The notes under the pieces: generated by a model | The model's database searches: none | What the model was told of the DNA's origin: nothing | Seen by the model: only the letters and a program-made list of their open reading frames with translations | Shown: positions 37,784 through 46,626 of the stretch, one piece after another | Layout of the letters: each line of letters begins with the position of its first letter | How positions within the stretch are numbered: position 1 is the first letter of the stretch | NCBI GenBank assembly: GCA_965261135.1 | Contig: OZ253443.1 | Span: forward strand, 2,300,391 to 2,364,390 | Source of the DNA: Acidimicrobiia bacterium | GTDB lineage: Bacteria; Actinomycetota; Acidimicrobiia; Spongiisociales; ZC4RG35 | Length of the DNA: 64,000 bases | Reading direction: 5' to 3' | Made by a program: the position numbers and the translations under genes

Positions 37784-39755
37784 CCACCAAGACCAAGGGG
37801 TCTTAGCGATTTATGGCCCCGACTGTTAGCCACTTAGCGGCAGACGCGCCGATTCTCCTTGGATTTCCCTGGTTTTAGGGGTTCGCTACCGTTTTGGAGG
37901 GTGTTTTAGGCTGGTCAGCAGCCGTGATCCGGCGGCTTGGGGGAAGGGCCTGCTTTCTCGGACGCGGCGTGGCCGACAGTAGGGGTTACGGTCGGTTCAG
38001 GGGAGCGGTGGGGATGGTACAGGCTAGGGGATCATCGCCGGTTGAGAACGTCGTCTGGGTGGCGCAGTCGGCCGGGGCCGGACCAATGACCCGGGGGTGG
38101 CGAGTTCCGAACCAACCTTCATGGGGACCTGCTATCGGGAGGAGGAACATGCCCTTGGGGAACTCCTGGAGGGAATGACTCTGGCCAGCAACAGGTTCGC
38201 CGTGACAATCCCCACGGCACCTATCAGCACATAGTCGATGTTCGCCACTTGTATGTCCGAGAACACCCACAACCACAGCAGGCCGAAAAGGGGAGTGGCA
38301 TAGGAGAGGGCGCTGATGGACAGCGATCTGGTGCGGAGCATCGCAGTGCGGTGACATACGGCGGTGCCACATTGCACTATCAGCCCGTAAGCAAATGCGG
38401 CGGCAAGAGGCAGAATGCCCATGCGCTCTCCCGTGCCGAGAGCGATCACGAGTGTGGGCACCGACGCGCCGAGGCTGCCCACCCCAATCGCCAACAGCAC
38501 GCACGCCGACTCGGTTCGCTGCCGGTCAGCGGCTGATGCATGGCCCATGGTGCACAGATCGGAGGCCATCTCGGATCCCCATCGGAATGCCCTGGCACTG
38601 AACGATATCAACACGGGGGCCAGCAACGCCAGGAGCAATCCGATAACCAAACCTCCGAGACGTGCAGGCCGAGTAGAGGAGGCCAGGTCGGTCGTTCCCA
38701 GCACGACCAACGTCAGACCCGCGAAAGCAAGCAACAGCACTCCAAAGGTACCCGCGGTCAGTTTGCGGTATCTGCCCACGGTACGATCCTGTCTTGACAA
38801 CAGCACCACAAAGAGAATCGGCGCAGCGGCATTCAGTATGGCGGTGACGGCAGTATCCACATAGTTGGTGGACAACACATAAGGGATCATGCTGATCTGA
38901 GCGCAGATACACACCAAGCTCAAGCGGGACAGCAACATCTGGCGTTCCCGGTCGGCCGTGCCCTCGCCCCGTCCGATCCGCCAAGGGGCGGCCCTGCGGA
39001 GCAGCAACCGCAGAACGGTCCTGTCGGCCACCAGGTTCTTGTGGAAAAGGGCCAGATTCAACGCGACACCCGCGGAGTTGCCCACGAAAATCATTCCCGA
39101 CAACAGAAAAGCGTCCTCATGGGGCATGACCTCCACGAATATGGGGAACAGGGAGGCCAACAACACCGCGCCTAGTTGCCACCTCACCGGCGCGTACCGC
39201 CCCGGTTGGCGCGCAACGGATACGGAAGAGCCCTGACTGGTCATTAGGGCATCTAGCCTATGCTGGGAGCCCGGCCATCTACGAACCGCCGAACAACCGG
39301 CTCGGCGCGTCAGGCGTTCAGTCAGGGGTACCAGCGGAGGACTTCGTTCGTAGCGTGAAGAATCCGCCAGATACCAGCACCTACGCCCGATATGGGGATC
39401 CATTTTGACATACTCCTTGGAATGGCTCGCCGAACTCGCCGATGCCGCCCCGACAGTGCCCCAGGTTCCGCCCCCCACGCGTCTACTATTCCCAACGCCG
39501 CATGGCAACGCAGGCCACTCTTGAAGAATCACTACAAGAGATAGTCTGTCGCACCCGCCTCTTAGTGCTAGAACTCCAGGAGGAAGGTTTCTTTGTCGAG
39601 ACCTTCGGATTTTCCTGCATCGACGACTTCACCCCCCGTCGGGAAACCCAACCACACCTACTCTGCTGAAATGTGGAGCCCCACCCCCTTCAAATGTGGA
39701 ACCCTCTGCGAGCCCTTTTCTAAGGCGCAGGTCAGAGGTGGTAGCTAACAGCCCA
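37784..39755. mobile_element. Element 2: about 2-kb non-autonomous element (left end, EamA cargo, right end)
   Basis: Left-end motifs at 37803/37826 and hairpin 37973-37995; right-end motifs at 39669/39692; no mobility gene. Confidence 0.65.
38132..39244 (-). CDS. EamA/DMT family transporter (probable start ATG 39244)
   Basis: About ten hydrophobic segments; VDTAVTAILNAAAPILFVVLL and ISALSYATPLFGLLWLW are DMT-like repeats. Confidence 0.75.
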   Translation of the reverse strand: MTSQGSSVSVARQPGRYAPVRWQLGAVLLASLFPIFVEVMPHEDAFLLSGMIFVGNSAGVALNLALFHKNLVADRTVLRLLLRRAAPWRIGRGEGTADRERQMLLSRLSLVCICAQISMIPYVLSTNYVDTAVTAILNAAAPILFVVLLSRQDRTVGRYRKLTAGTFGVLLLAFAGLTLVVLGTTDLASSTRPARLGGLVIGLLLALLAPVLISFSARAFRWGSEMASDLCTMGHASAADRQRTESACVLLAIGVGSLGASVPTLVIALGTGERMGILPLAAAFAYGLIVQCGTAVCHRTAMLRTRSLSISALSYATPLFGLLWLWVFSDIQVANIDYVLIGAVGIVTANLLLARVIPSRSSPRACSSSR

Positions 39756-39758
39756 CCA
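39668..39758. repeat. Conserved right end, copy 2 (end of element 2), plus GCCCACCA junction
   Basis: AAATGTGGA at 39669 and 39692, GCAGGTCAGAGGTGG, TAGCTAACAGCCCACCA; same 52-bp spacing from the second repeat to CCACCA as copy 1. Confidence 0.85.
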
Positions 39759-39969
39759 CGATGCATTAGCGATTTAGGGTCCTGTGCGTTAGCGATTTAG
39801 CGACGGACGCGCCGAATTTCCCTGATTTTGGGGGTTTGTGACCGTTTCGGAGAGTGTTTTGGCTGGTCAGCGGCGGTGTTGTGACAGCCTGGTGGTTGGG
39901 TTAGGTTTTTCGGACGCGGTGAAACCGACAGTAGGGGTTACTGTCGGCGAAGAAGATCGAGAGGGTTGC

Positions 39970-40465
39970 TCAGGGCGGCGCTCGGGGTGACTCGTCCGGC
40001 GTATGGTGCGTTACGCCCGTGAATGTATCCGATGGTCCGGTCTCGTTGATGGGGGTGGGGTGTTGGGCTCTGCGGAAGCGGATGGCTTCTGCGAGGTTGT
40101 GTGCTATGACCTTGGCGAGGACACCGAGGGTCATGGCCACCCGGTTGAAGACGCGGTACCATCCGACTGCGAAGTTGCCCTTGTCGCCGATCATCGAGTT
40201 TTTGGTTTCGCTGGTGTTGCGACGGCCCTTGTAGCCCTTCCTCCACGCAGGCGTGCCCGGGGGGATGCGTTGGTAGCTGTCGAGTTTTTCGACCGGGACG
40301 GTTACCAGGCCTTCACAGCAGTATTCGTCGTCGATGGCAAGGGACGGAACCGGGTTCTTGGTGGGGATTACGTTGGGGTTGCGGGTCTTGGCGGAGGTCT
40401 TGCCTCTTCCTGCGCATTGGGGGCAGATGAGTTGCACAGCACCGTCCTTGAGGTACCTGTGGACC
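39970..40465 (-). pseudogene. 3' fragment of a transposase paralogous to 15462-17249
   Basis: VHRYLKDGAVQLICPQCAGR...YKGRRNTSETKNSMIGDKG...VIAHNLAEAIRF, roughly 85% identical by eye over about 130 aa; homology stops near 40465. Confidence 0.9.
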
Positions 40466-40641
40466 TGTAGAAGATCGGAGTTCCCAGAGCCGCTTCTTCT
40501 CATGCTGCGGCGTGTAGTCCCGCACAATCCCGCCATCGGCACCAGCCCAGAGCGACGACCCCTCTGGGCATGGCAATCGGATCCTATTTAACAATGCAAG
40601 TGGGAAGTGCCTACTGGCAATCCACCTCAGAATCCCCGTCC

Positions 40642-41046
40642 TTACTCCAAGGGCACTCTTCGGAGTCCGCCTGCCTCGGTTACTGCGAACATCCATGGAC
40701 CATCAGGCTCGTTTTGTATCTGCTCGAGGATCGACATCCAGTGCTTCTTGAGGGTTAGGAGACTTTCGGTGCTTGTTTGGTTCTTTCTCCCGGTCAACAC
40801 GAAGCCCCGCGTCTTGTAAGAGATCCACTTTGCTTTTTGTACGGGCCGCGTTCGTATACGTTTGTCACGAGTGATCACAACAAGTCGACGACGGCTTACG
40901 AGTTCTAACCATGTTTCGTCCGGGCACCCTCGAGGAATCTCTGGAAGGTCAGGATGACCGGGATAAACAACCTCTCCCGGCAGGAAGTCGTCCAGTCGCT
41001 TACCGAGTCCTAAGTCTGTCTCGTCTGCGAAGTACCGGTGTGGCAT
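40642..41046 (-). CDS. PIN-like toxin (VapC45-like)
   Basis: YFADETDLGLG, DETWLELV, VVITRDKRIR, GFVL. Confidence 0.82.
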   Translation of the reverse strand: MPHRYFADETDLGLGKRLDDFLPGEVVYPGHPDLPEIPRGCPDETWLELVSRRRLVVITRDKRIRTRPVQKAKWISYKTRGFVLTGRKNQTSTESLLTLKKHWMSILEQIQNEPDGPWMFAVTEAGGLRRVPLE

Positions 41047-41055
41047 AGGCGCTGG

Positions 41056-41760
41056 CTACGCCGCTAAGACCCTTTGCATCTCCTCGAAGGCAACTCCTGC
41101 CCTCACCAGGTGCTCATGCATTTCATAGTCTGCTGCGATCTCGCTCACCTTTTCTCCGGCTGCTCGTAGTTCCCAAAGTCGCTCAGTGGCCACGCCTCCG
41201 ATGGCCGGGCGGCCAAAGCACACCAGTGGGTCGATGCTCACATACGCATCCACGCCTCCCGGGTACATGCGGCAGGCCTCGCCTAAGGCATCGCCATTGG
41301 GATCAAACTCAATTTTGTTGAAGAAACTGTTGGCCTCGTCAGCCAGCATCATCATTTGTCCCGACCGCACCACCATGGCGAGAACGGAAGGCAGATTGTT
41401 TTCGACTTGCAGCTTCCAAACTATCTCGTGGCCATTGAGGTACAGGTTCTTTGTCGCCAGCGGATAGGGGAGTTCAAACACGTTACGCAACTCGTCTATG
41501 ACCGGACGCAGGTATTGGAGCGACACTCCTTTGCGACGGTACTCGCGGAGATAACCGAGTTCGACGAACTCTCCCCAAGTCACCGTGTCTTCGCCTGTGG
41601 CCTGTGGGCGAATTACCGGCGGATATGCCTTGCCCCGCCGTATGTAGCCATCAAGCCAAGCGCGAACACGGTCACGGCGGATGCCCAAGTGCTTGGCGGC
41701 TTCTGAAATCCCGTAGGTTGGGCGTTCAAGGATTGAGATATTCGTAGCTGTGACCACCAT
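41056..41760 (-). CDS. HTH plus DUF433 antitoxin (VapB45-like)
   Basis: PTYGISEAAKHLG, TWGEFVEL, SIDPLVCFGRPAIGGVATE, GEKVSEIAADY. Confidence 0.85.
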   Translation of the reverse strand: MVVTATNISILERPTYGISEAAKHLGIRRDRVRAWLDGYIRRGKAYPPVIRPQATGEDTVTWGEFVELGYLREYRRKGVSLQYLRPVIDELRNVFELPYPLATKNLYLNGHEIVWKLQVENNLPSVLAMVVRSGQMMMLADEANSFFNKIEFDPNGDALGEACRMYPGGVDAYVSIDPLVCFGRPAIGGVATERLWELRAAGEKVSEIAADYEMHEHLVRAGVAFEEMQRVLAA

Positions 41761-41838
41761 TCCCCGTGCTTAGGGCGGATAGTAACAGTAGCAGAAACAC
41801 AGGGATGTCATTCTGGTTCACGAGCGCATCGGAGAGCG

Positions 41839-42159
41839 TTGCGGTCGGTCGCGCCAGCGCCACGCGGCAACCGTTCGCACTCCCACAAGGCAAGAGCGTT
41901 TCCCCTCGCTGATCGCTCTCCAAGCGTTGACCCGACCCTCCCTTCTTCTGGAGAAGGATCCAAGAAGGTCTTTGTCGTTTACGGACATGATGATGTCGCA
42001 TGTGAACAACTAGAACTGCTGCTCCACCGTTTGGACCTGGATCCCTTCGTGCTTGGAAATACCAGCGGAGGCGGGCTAACGATCATCGAGGCACTGGAAC
42101 GCGAAATCGTATCTCCATCAAAGGGGATGCGATTCGGGATCGTGTTGCTCACCCCTGAT
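41839..42159 (+). pseudogene. Truncated TIR-like nucleotide-binding domain (CAP12/Pycsar-effector type)
   Basis: KKVFVVYGHD...LELLLHRLDLDPFVL...TIIEALE...FGIVLLTPD, then similarity is lost abruptly. Confidence 0.7.
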
Positions 42160-42315
42160 TTGCGGTTTAGGGCCCTGTTATGTAGCGAAGCCCCATGTCC
42201 ACTTGGCGCCCCGGTGCTGGAGATCTCTGCCTGAGTGGGCAGTCAGGGGGATCGAGACTTTTAACACCTGACTGTATTGTCACTTTGACTATCCCGCCAT
42301 AGGTGACAGGAGGCG

Positions 42316-42633
42316 ATGATGGAGACAGGCAATACCGGCAAACACTCCACGTGGGGCTCCGTGACGGTAACCCGCGGGTCCGCGATAGGTATCGCCGCGG
42401 CAGGCGGTTTGAACGCTTTCGGCATAGCTGCGTTGAGTTTTCTGAACGCAATAGGACTCGTCTCATTTGGCGTCGTCAACTCGATCGGTCTGGTAGCGGT
42501 GGGCGGCGTCAACGCCATAGGTGTGGTTGCGATAGGGGGTTTCAACTCAGTAGGCATTGTTGCAATAGGGGAAAACGCCACCGGTGTGATCGCCATGGGC
42601 GGGAACACCACCGGTCTTCTAACCGCTCCGTAA
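42316..42633 (+). CDS. Small Gly-rich hydrophobic protein with G-x-x-A-x-G repeats
   Basis: GIAAAGGLNAFGIAA...GLVAVGGVNAIGVVAIGGFNSVGIVAIGENATGVIAMG; GGAG-containing RBS upstream. Confidence 0.65.
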   Translation: MMETGNTGKHSTWGSVTVTRGSAIGIAAAGGLNAFGIAALSFLNAIGLVSFGVVNSIGLVAVGGVNAIGVVAIGGFNSVGIVAIGENATGVIAMGGNTTGLLTAP

Positions 42634-42790
42634 CCGATAAGCCAAAGTCGCCCCAACCACTGCGGGCTGGCTACCCACGAGGGGTAGATGGGATTCAAAC
42701 CCCAGGTGAATAACGGGATTTCAGAGGCCGGACAGCCCCGCCTTGCCGTGCCTCGTGTCCGAGGACCGAGAGTTTCCGTTCGGGGGTTCT

Positions 42791-43477
42791 CTAAAAGGGC
42801 AGGCCCACCGCAGTGGTCAGAAACCTCACATAAGGCACTGCTTGGTGGCAGATATCAGCGAAGTCGTCCAGGAAACCCGGCGAGACCGCGTCGTCCTCGT
42901 CCAATTCGAACCATGCGATGTGGTGCTTGCGCTTGAGGTCTTCGAGATGGGGGTGATCCGCATTGAAACCCTTGGGCGGGCGTTTCAGTGAGTCCCCACC
43001 GATCGAGAATTCGCCCAGAAAACCGGGGTCCTTTGCGGCTTTCTCCCATCCGCCGGGGTCCGAAACGATGGCGTTGCGAATCTTGGTCAATGCAGGCGTG
43101 TTGGGCCGCCAGATTCCCACCCCCGCCCCAACTTCTCCGGGCGCCAGATGAAGGTAGAAACCCGGAGCATGGGCTGTTTTGCCGGCCTCATGGCGAAAAT
43201 GGACCGCAGCCTGGGTCTTGTAGGGACTCTTGTCCTTGCTGAACCGGACGTCCCGGTAAATGCGGAACATCGACCCTCCGTGGGGCCGCGCGTCGGCGAC
43301 GAAGTGTGCGCTGATGGAGCCCAGCCACGGCCCGAAGTCTTCTATGAACCGGAGCAATGGCTCCTTGACGTGCTGTTCGTATCGATCTTTGTTGATCTGA
43401 AACCATTCACGGTTGTTATTGGCCGCCAAGTCGAGGAGAAATTCAAAGAGGTGCGGAGTTAAGTGCGGTTCCGTCAT
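42791..43477 (-). CDS. DUF2461 family protein
   Basis: LAANNNREWF, MFRIYRDVRFSKDKSPYKT, PGFYLHL, LKRPPKGF. Confidence 0.92.
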   Translation of the reverse strand: MTEPHLTPHLFEFLLDLAANNNREWFQINKDRYEQHVKEPLLRFIEDFGPWLGSISAHFVADARPHGGSMFRIYRDVRFSKDKSPYKTQAAVHFRHEAGKTAHAPGFYLHLAPGEVGAGVGIWRPNTPALTKIRNAIVSDPGGWEKAAKDPGFLGEFSIGGDSLKRPPKGFNADHPHLEDLKRKHHIAWFELDEDDAVSPGFLDDFADICHQAVPYVRFLTTAVGLPF

Positions 43478-43639
43478 ATTCGCCCCAGGATGCTAACGCT
43501 CCGAGCGTGCCCGCAGCCGGTCCCGGCCCGATGCCTGGAAGATCAAAGTTTGCAGGCGCCGAACAAAGTTGTGAGCCGATAAGGACCGACCGAGAATGTC
43601 AATAAACATCCGTGACACCTTAACCTACGAACAGAGCGC

Positions 43640-44626
43640 ATGGCTTCCTATCACTCCCGACCCCGCCCGTCCCGCGGAAAGTGGTGGCTGCTGGCGCTCG
43701 CCTTGGCGCTGGGTCTGGGGTGGGCATTCAATACGCTCGTCAACACCTCGCGCACCGAGACCACCCTCGGCGAGGAACTCCGCAGCCACACCATCACCTT
43801 GGATCGGGCGGCCCGCTCCTTCGTCAGGCTGATCGAACAGATCGACAGCGTGGACCGATCAGAGTTGGCATCGATCATCACCCAATCCCGAGAGTCGATC
43901 GGCGCAGTCTCTGCAGCTCTGGACGAGTCGGCCGAGCCCGACAACAGCCTGACCATTCTGTTGGATACCTCCCTGGACCTGTGGGACGAGGGGCTGGAGC
44001 GCTTCGAGGACGCCTTCCTGTCCGCGGTGGACGACCCGTTCAACTACGTAGTGGAGGAACAGCTAACCACGGCGTTGGTCAGCATCCGGAGCGGTGACCG
44101 TATATATCAGGTCTTTTTGGAGAAAACCGCCACCGATCCCGAAGTCCAGTCCTTCTCCGACTTCCGAACAGTGGTCTTCCTGCCTCCCGAGTACCCGGTG
44201 GTGGACACCGCCCAGTTCCTGGCCACTTTTGCCCGGCTGTCCCGGCCGACGCTGGAACTCACCGCCAACCTGGGGATAGAACAGGTTACCTCCTATCCCG
44301 AGTGGGTCTCCGACCTGGATGGGCATCCGGTGATAATCCCCACCGACACCTTCGATCTCTTGGTGGTGGTGGCCAACCGGGGCAACGTGGATGTGGTGGA
44401 AGAAACTTCCCTGCAGTTGAACATCTGGCCACCCGGAGACGTCATTCAATCCCGGGTGCTGGCCGTGCCGCCCCTGGCGCCGGGAGAAAAGACCACCGTT
44501 GCCTTCTATGAGTTGGCGGTGACCCCCGACACCTCCTACCAGGTGGAGGTACGCCTGGGTTTTGCCAAAGAGGAGCAATACCTGGATGACAACAGCTACA
44601 GCTTCACCTTGCGGGTCGGTGAATAG
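43640..44626 (+). CDS. Membrane-anchored hypothetical protein with a C-terminal Ig/CARDB-like domain
   Basis: N-terminal TM; VVVANRGNV...VPPLAPGEKTTVAF...EEQYLDDNSYSFTL. Confidence 0.7.
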   Translation: MASYHSRPRPSRGKWWLLALALALGLGWAFNTLVNTSRTETTLGEELRSHTITLDRAARSFVRLIEQIDSVDRSELASIITQSRESIGAVSAALDESAEPDNSLTILLDTSLDLWDEGLERFEDAFLSAVDDPFNYVVEEQLTTALVSIRSGDRIYQVFLEKTATDPEVQSFSDFRTVVFLPPEYPVVDTAQFLATFARLSRPTLELTANLGIEQVTSYPEWVSDLDGHPVIIPTDTFDLLVVVANRGNVDVVEETSLQLNIWPPGDVIQSRVLAVPPLAPGEKTTVAFYELAVTPDTSYQVEVRLGFAKEEQYLDDNSYSFTLRVGE

Positions 44627-44691
44627 GGATTTCTTCTCCCCAGAAGTTGATCGCTTCCCCACCCGTAGCTTTGTTTTAGCATAGGAGCCCA

Positions 44692-45951
44692 ATGCTCGAC
44701 CTCGCCATACTCCGCTCCTCCCCGGAGACGATCCGCCGATCCCTGGCTCGACGAGGCCTGGATATCGCGATCGAAGGCCTGGTGGAGACCGAGGCCCGGA
44801 TCCGGAGACTGCGCCACGAGGCCGATCAAATGCGAGCCGCCCAACGATCCCTGGGAAGGGAGATAGCCGGGTTGGAAGGAGAAGAAAAGCGGCAAGCCAT
44901 CGAGCGGGCGGCTTCGCTGGCCGGCCGGATCAAGGAGTTGAACTCCCAGGCCGAAGCCTCTTCCGACCGGTTCTACGAGGAGTGGAACACACTGCCCAAC
45001 CTGGTCGATCCCACCGCCGCCGACGGGCTCACCGAGGATGACGCACAGGAGGTCAGGAGGGTGGGGGAGATCCCCCGCTTCGGCTTCAAACCCGCCGATC
45101 ACGAAACCCTGGGAGACCGGCTGGATGTCATTGACACCAAGCGGGCGGCCAAGGTCGCGGGCTCGCGCTTTGGATACCTGAAGGGCAAGGCGGCCCTGCT
45201 GGAGTTTGGTCTGATCAACTGGTCCATGGATCACCTCGTGAAGGCCGGTCTGGTCCCCATGGTCACCCCGGTGCTGGTCCGGGAGATGGCGCTGTTCGGC
45301 ACCGGATTCTTCCCCGGGGACCGCCAGCAGGTCTACGAAATCCCCGCCGACGAGCTGTTCCTCGCCGCCACCTCCGAGATCAGCCTGGCCGCCTACCACG
45401 CCGACGAGATCCTGGAACCCGACCAGCTTCCCATCCGCTATGCCGGCTTTTCCAGTTGCTTTCGTCGCGAAGCCGGAACCCACGGCAAGGACACCGGAGG
45501 GATTTTCAGGGTTCACCAGTTCGACAAGGTGGAGATGTTCTCTTTCACCCGTCCCGAAGACTCATCCGAGGAGCACGAGCGGATTCTGGAGCTGGAGGAG
45601 AAGCTGACCAGGGAGTTGGAAATTCCCTACCGGGTGGTCAACGTGGCCGCCGGCGACCTGGGCGCCTCCGCCGCCAAGAAGTACGACATCGAGGCTTGGT
45701 TTCCCTCTTGGAACACCTACCGGGAGATAACTTCCTGCTCCAACACCACCGACTACCAGGCCCGACGACTCAAGATCCGCATGAAGGAACCGGGGGGCAA
45801 CCGATTGGTACACACACTGAACGGAACGGCGGTGGCGGTGGGCAGAGTGATCATCGCCCTGTTGGAGAACCATCAGCAAAGCGACGGTTCGGTGGTGATG
45901 CCCGAAGCGCTCCGGCCCTATCTGGGCTTCGATCGTATCGACCCACCGTAG
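44692..45951 (+). CDS. serS: Seryl-tRNA synthetase
   Basis: LAATSEI, CFRREAG, FRVHQFDKVEMF, KKYDIEAW, EITSCSN, HTLNGTAVA. Confidence 0.98.
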   Translation: MLDLAILRSSPETIRRSLARRGLDIAIEGLVETEARIRRLRHEADQMRAAQRSLGREIAGLEGEEKRQAIERAASLAGRIKELNSQAEASSDRFYEEWNTLPNLVDPTAADGLTEDDAQEVRRVGEIPRFGFKPADHETLGDRLDVIDTKRAAKVAGSRFGYLKGKAALLEFGLINWSMDHLVKAGLVPMVTPVLVREMALFGTGFFPGDRQQVYEIPADELFLAATSEISLAAYHADEILEPDQLPIRYAGFSSCFRREAGTHGKDTGGIFRVHQFDKVEMFSFTRPEDSSEEHERILELEEKLTRELEIPYRVVNVAAGDLGASAAKKYDIEAWFPSWNTYREITSCSNTTDYQARRLKIRMKEPGGNRLVHTLNGTAVAVGRVIIALLENHQQSDGSVVMPEALRPYLGFDRIDPP

Positions 45952-45956
45952 GGACA

Positions 45957-46595
45957 GTGACCGCACCTTCCCCCGAACACATTTTCTCGCGGATACACCG
46001 GCGGTATGACCGGCTCAACCGGGTCCTCTCCCTGGGCCAGGACCAGGCTTGGAGAAGACAGGGTATCTCCTGTCTTCCCGACGGTCTCATCCTGGATCTG
46101 GGAGCGGGGACCGGCGTGGCCATGCCGCTCTTCACCGAACGCCGGCAGGTGGTGGCGCTCGATCCGGTCTGGCCGATGCTCTCCGTCAATCCCGCTCCCC
46201 AACGGGTGGTGGGGAAAGGCGAGCGTCTCCCTTTTTCTGATGACACTTTTGACGGAATATGGTCCGCTTTCGTGTTTCGCAATCTCCAGTCGGTGGAAGA
46301 AACCCTGGTCGAGGCGGCCAGGGTGCTCCGCCCGGGAGGGGTGATGGTGGTAGTGGACGCGGGACGACCTCTCAGCCGCCTGGCCGCGCCGATTCACCGG
46401 ATGGGAACCGCGATGGTGACCCCGCTGGTGGGAATGCTTGCCGGTGCGGTGCGGGAATACTGGTATTTCCATCGTTCGATGGACAAGCTCCCTCATCCCG
46501 AAGAGATGTTTCGAGACGGCCCGCTCAAAGTCGACAAGCTGTGGCGAATGGGGATATGGGGAAGCGTCTACGGGGTGGCGCTGGTCAAGCCCTAG
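45957..46595 (+). CDS. UbiE/MenG-like SAM-dependent methyltransferase
   Basis: GTG start 5 nt after the serS stop; RYDRLNRVLSLGQDQAWRR, LDLGAGTG, LPFSDDTFD, RVLRPGG. Confidence 0.85.
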   Translation: MTAPSPEHIFSRIHRRYDRLNRVLSLGQDQAWRRQGISCLPDGLILDLGAGTGVAMPLFTERRQVVALDPVWPMLSVNPAPQRVVGKGERLPFSDDTFDGIWSAFVFRNLQSVEETLVEAARVLRPGGVMVVVDAGRPLSRLAAPIHRMGTAMVTPLVGMLAGAVREYWYFHRSMDKLPHPEEMFRDGPLKVDKLWRMGIWGSVYGVALVKP

Positions 46596-46626
46596 CGGCG
46601 GTGGGGGCCATGCCGCCTTGCGCCCA

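Larger units (their letters stand above)
39759..42230. mobile_element. Element 3: decayed element (left end, transposase relic, TA pair, truncated TIR gene); right boundary uncertain
   Basis: TTAGCGATTTA at 39766 and 39789; hairpin 39925-39947; transposase 3' fragment; no right end recognised. Confidence 0.55.

Noticed and set aside
39502-39669. 55-aa plus-strand ORF in element 2
   Set aside because: No motif or clear RBS, and its stop runs into the right-end repeat.
42160-42290. Sequence after the TIR truncation as a group II intron end or the element 3 right end
   Set aside because: No domain V/VI consensus and no AAATGTGGA or TIR motifs; only a CAGTCAGG/CCTGACTG hairpin.
15200-43500. A long duplicated 3' end of tRNA-Leu (classic attR)
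   Set aside because: No repeat of the T arm or acceptor strand longer than GCCCACCA was found, which argues against a conventional integrase island.
45456-45956. Long N-terminal extension of the methyltransferase ORF
   Set aside because: Overlaps serS in another frame; the GTG at 45957 is the plausible start.
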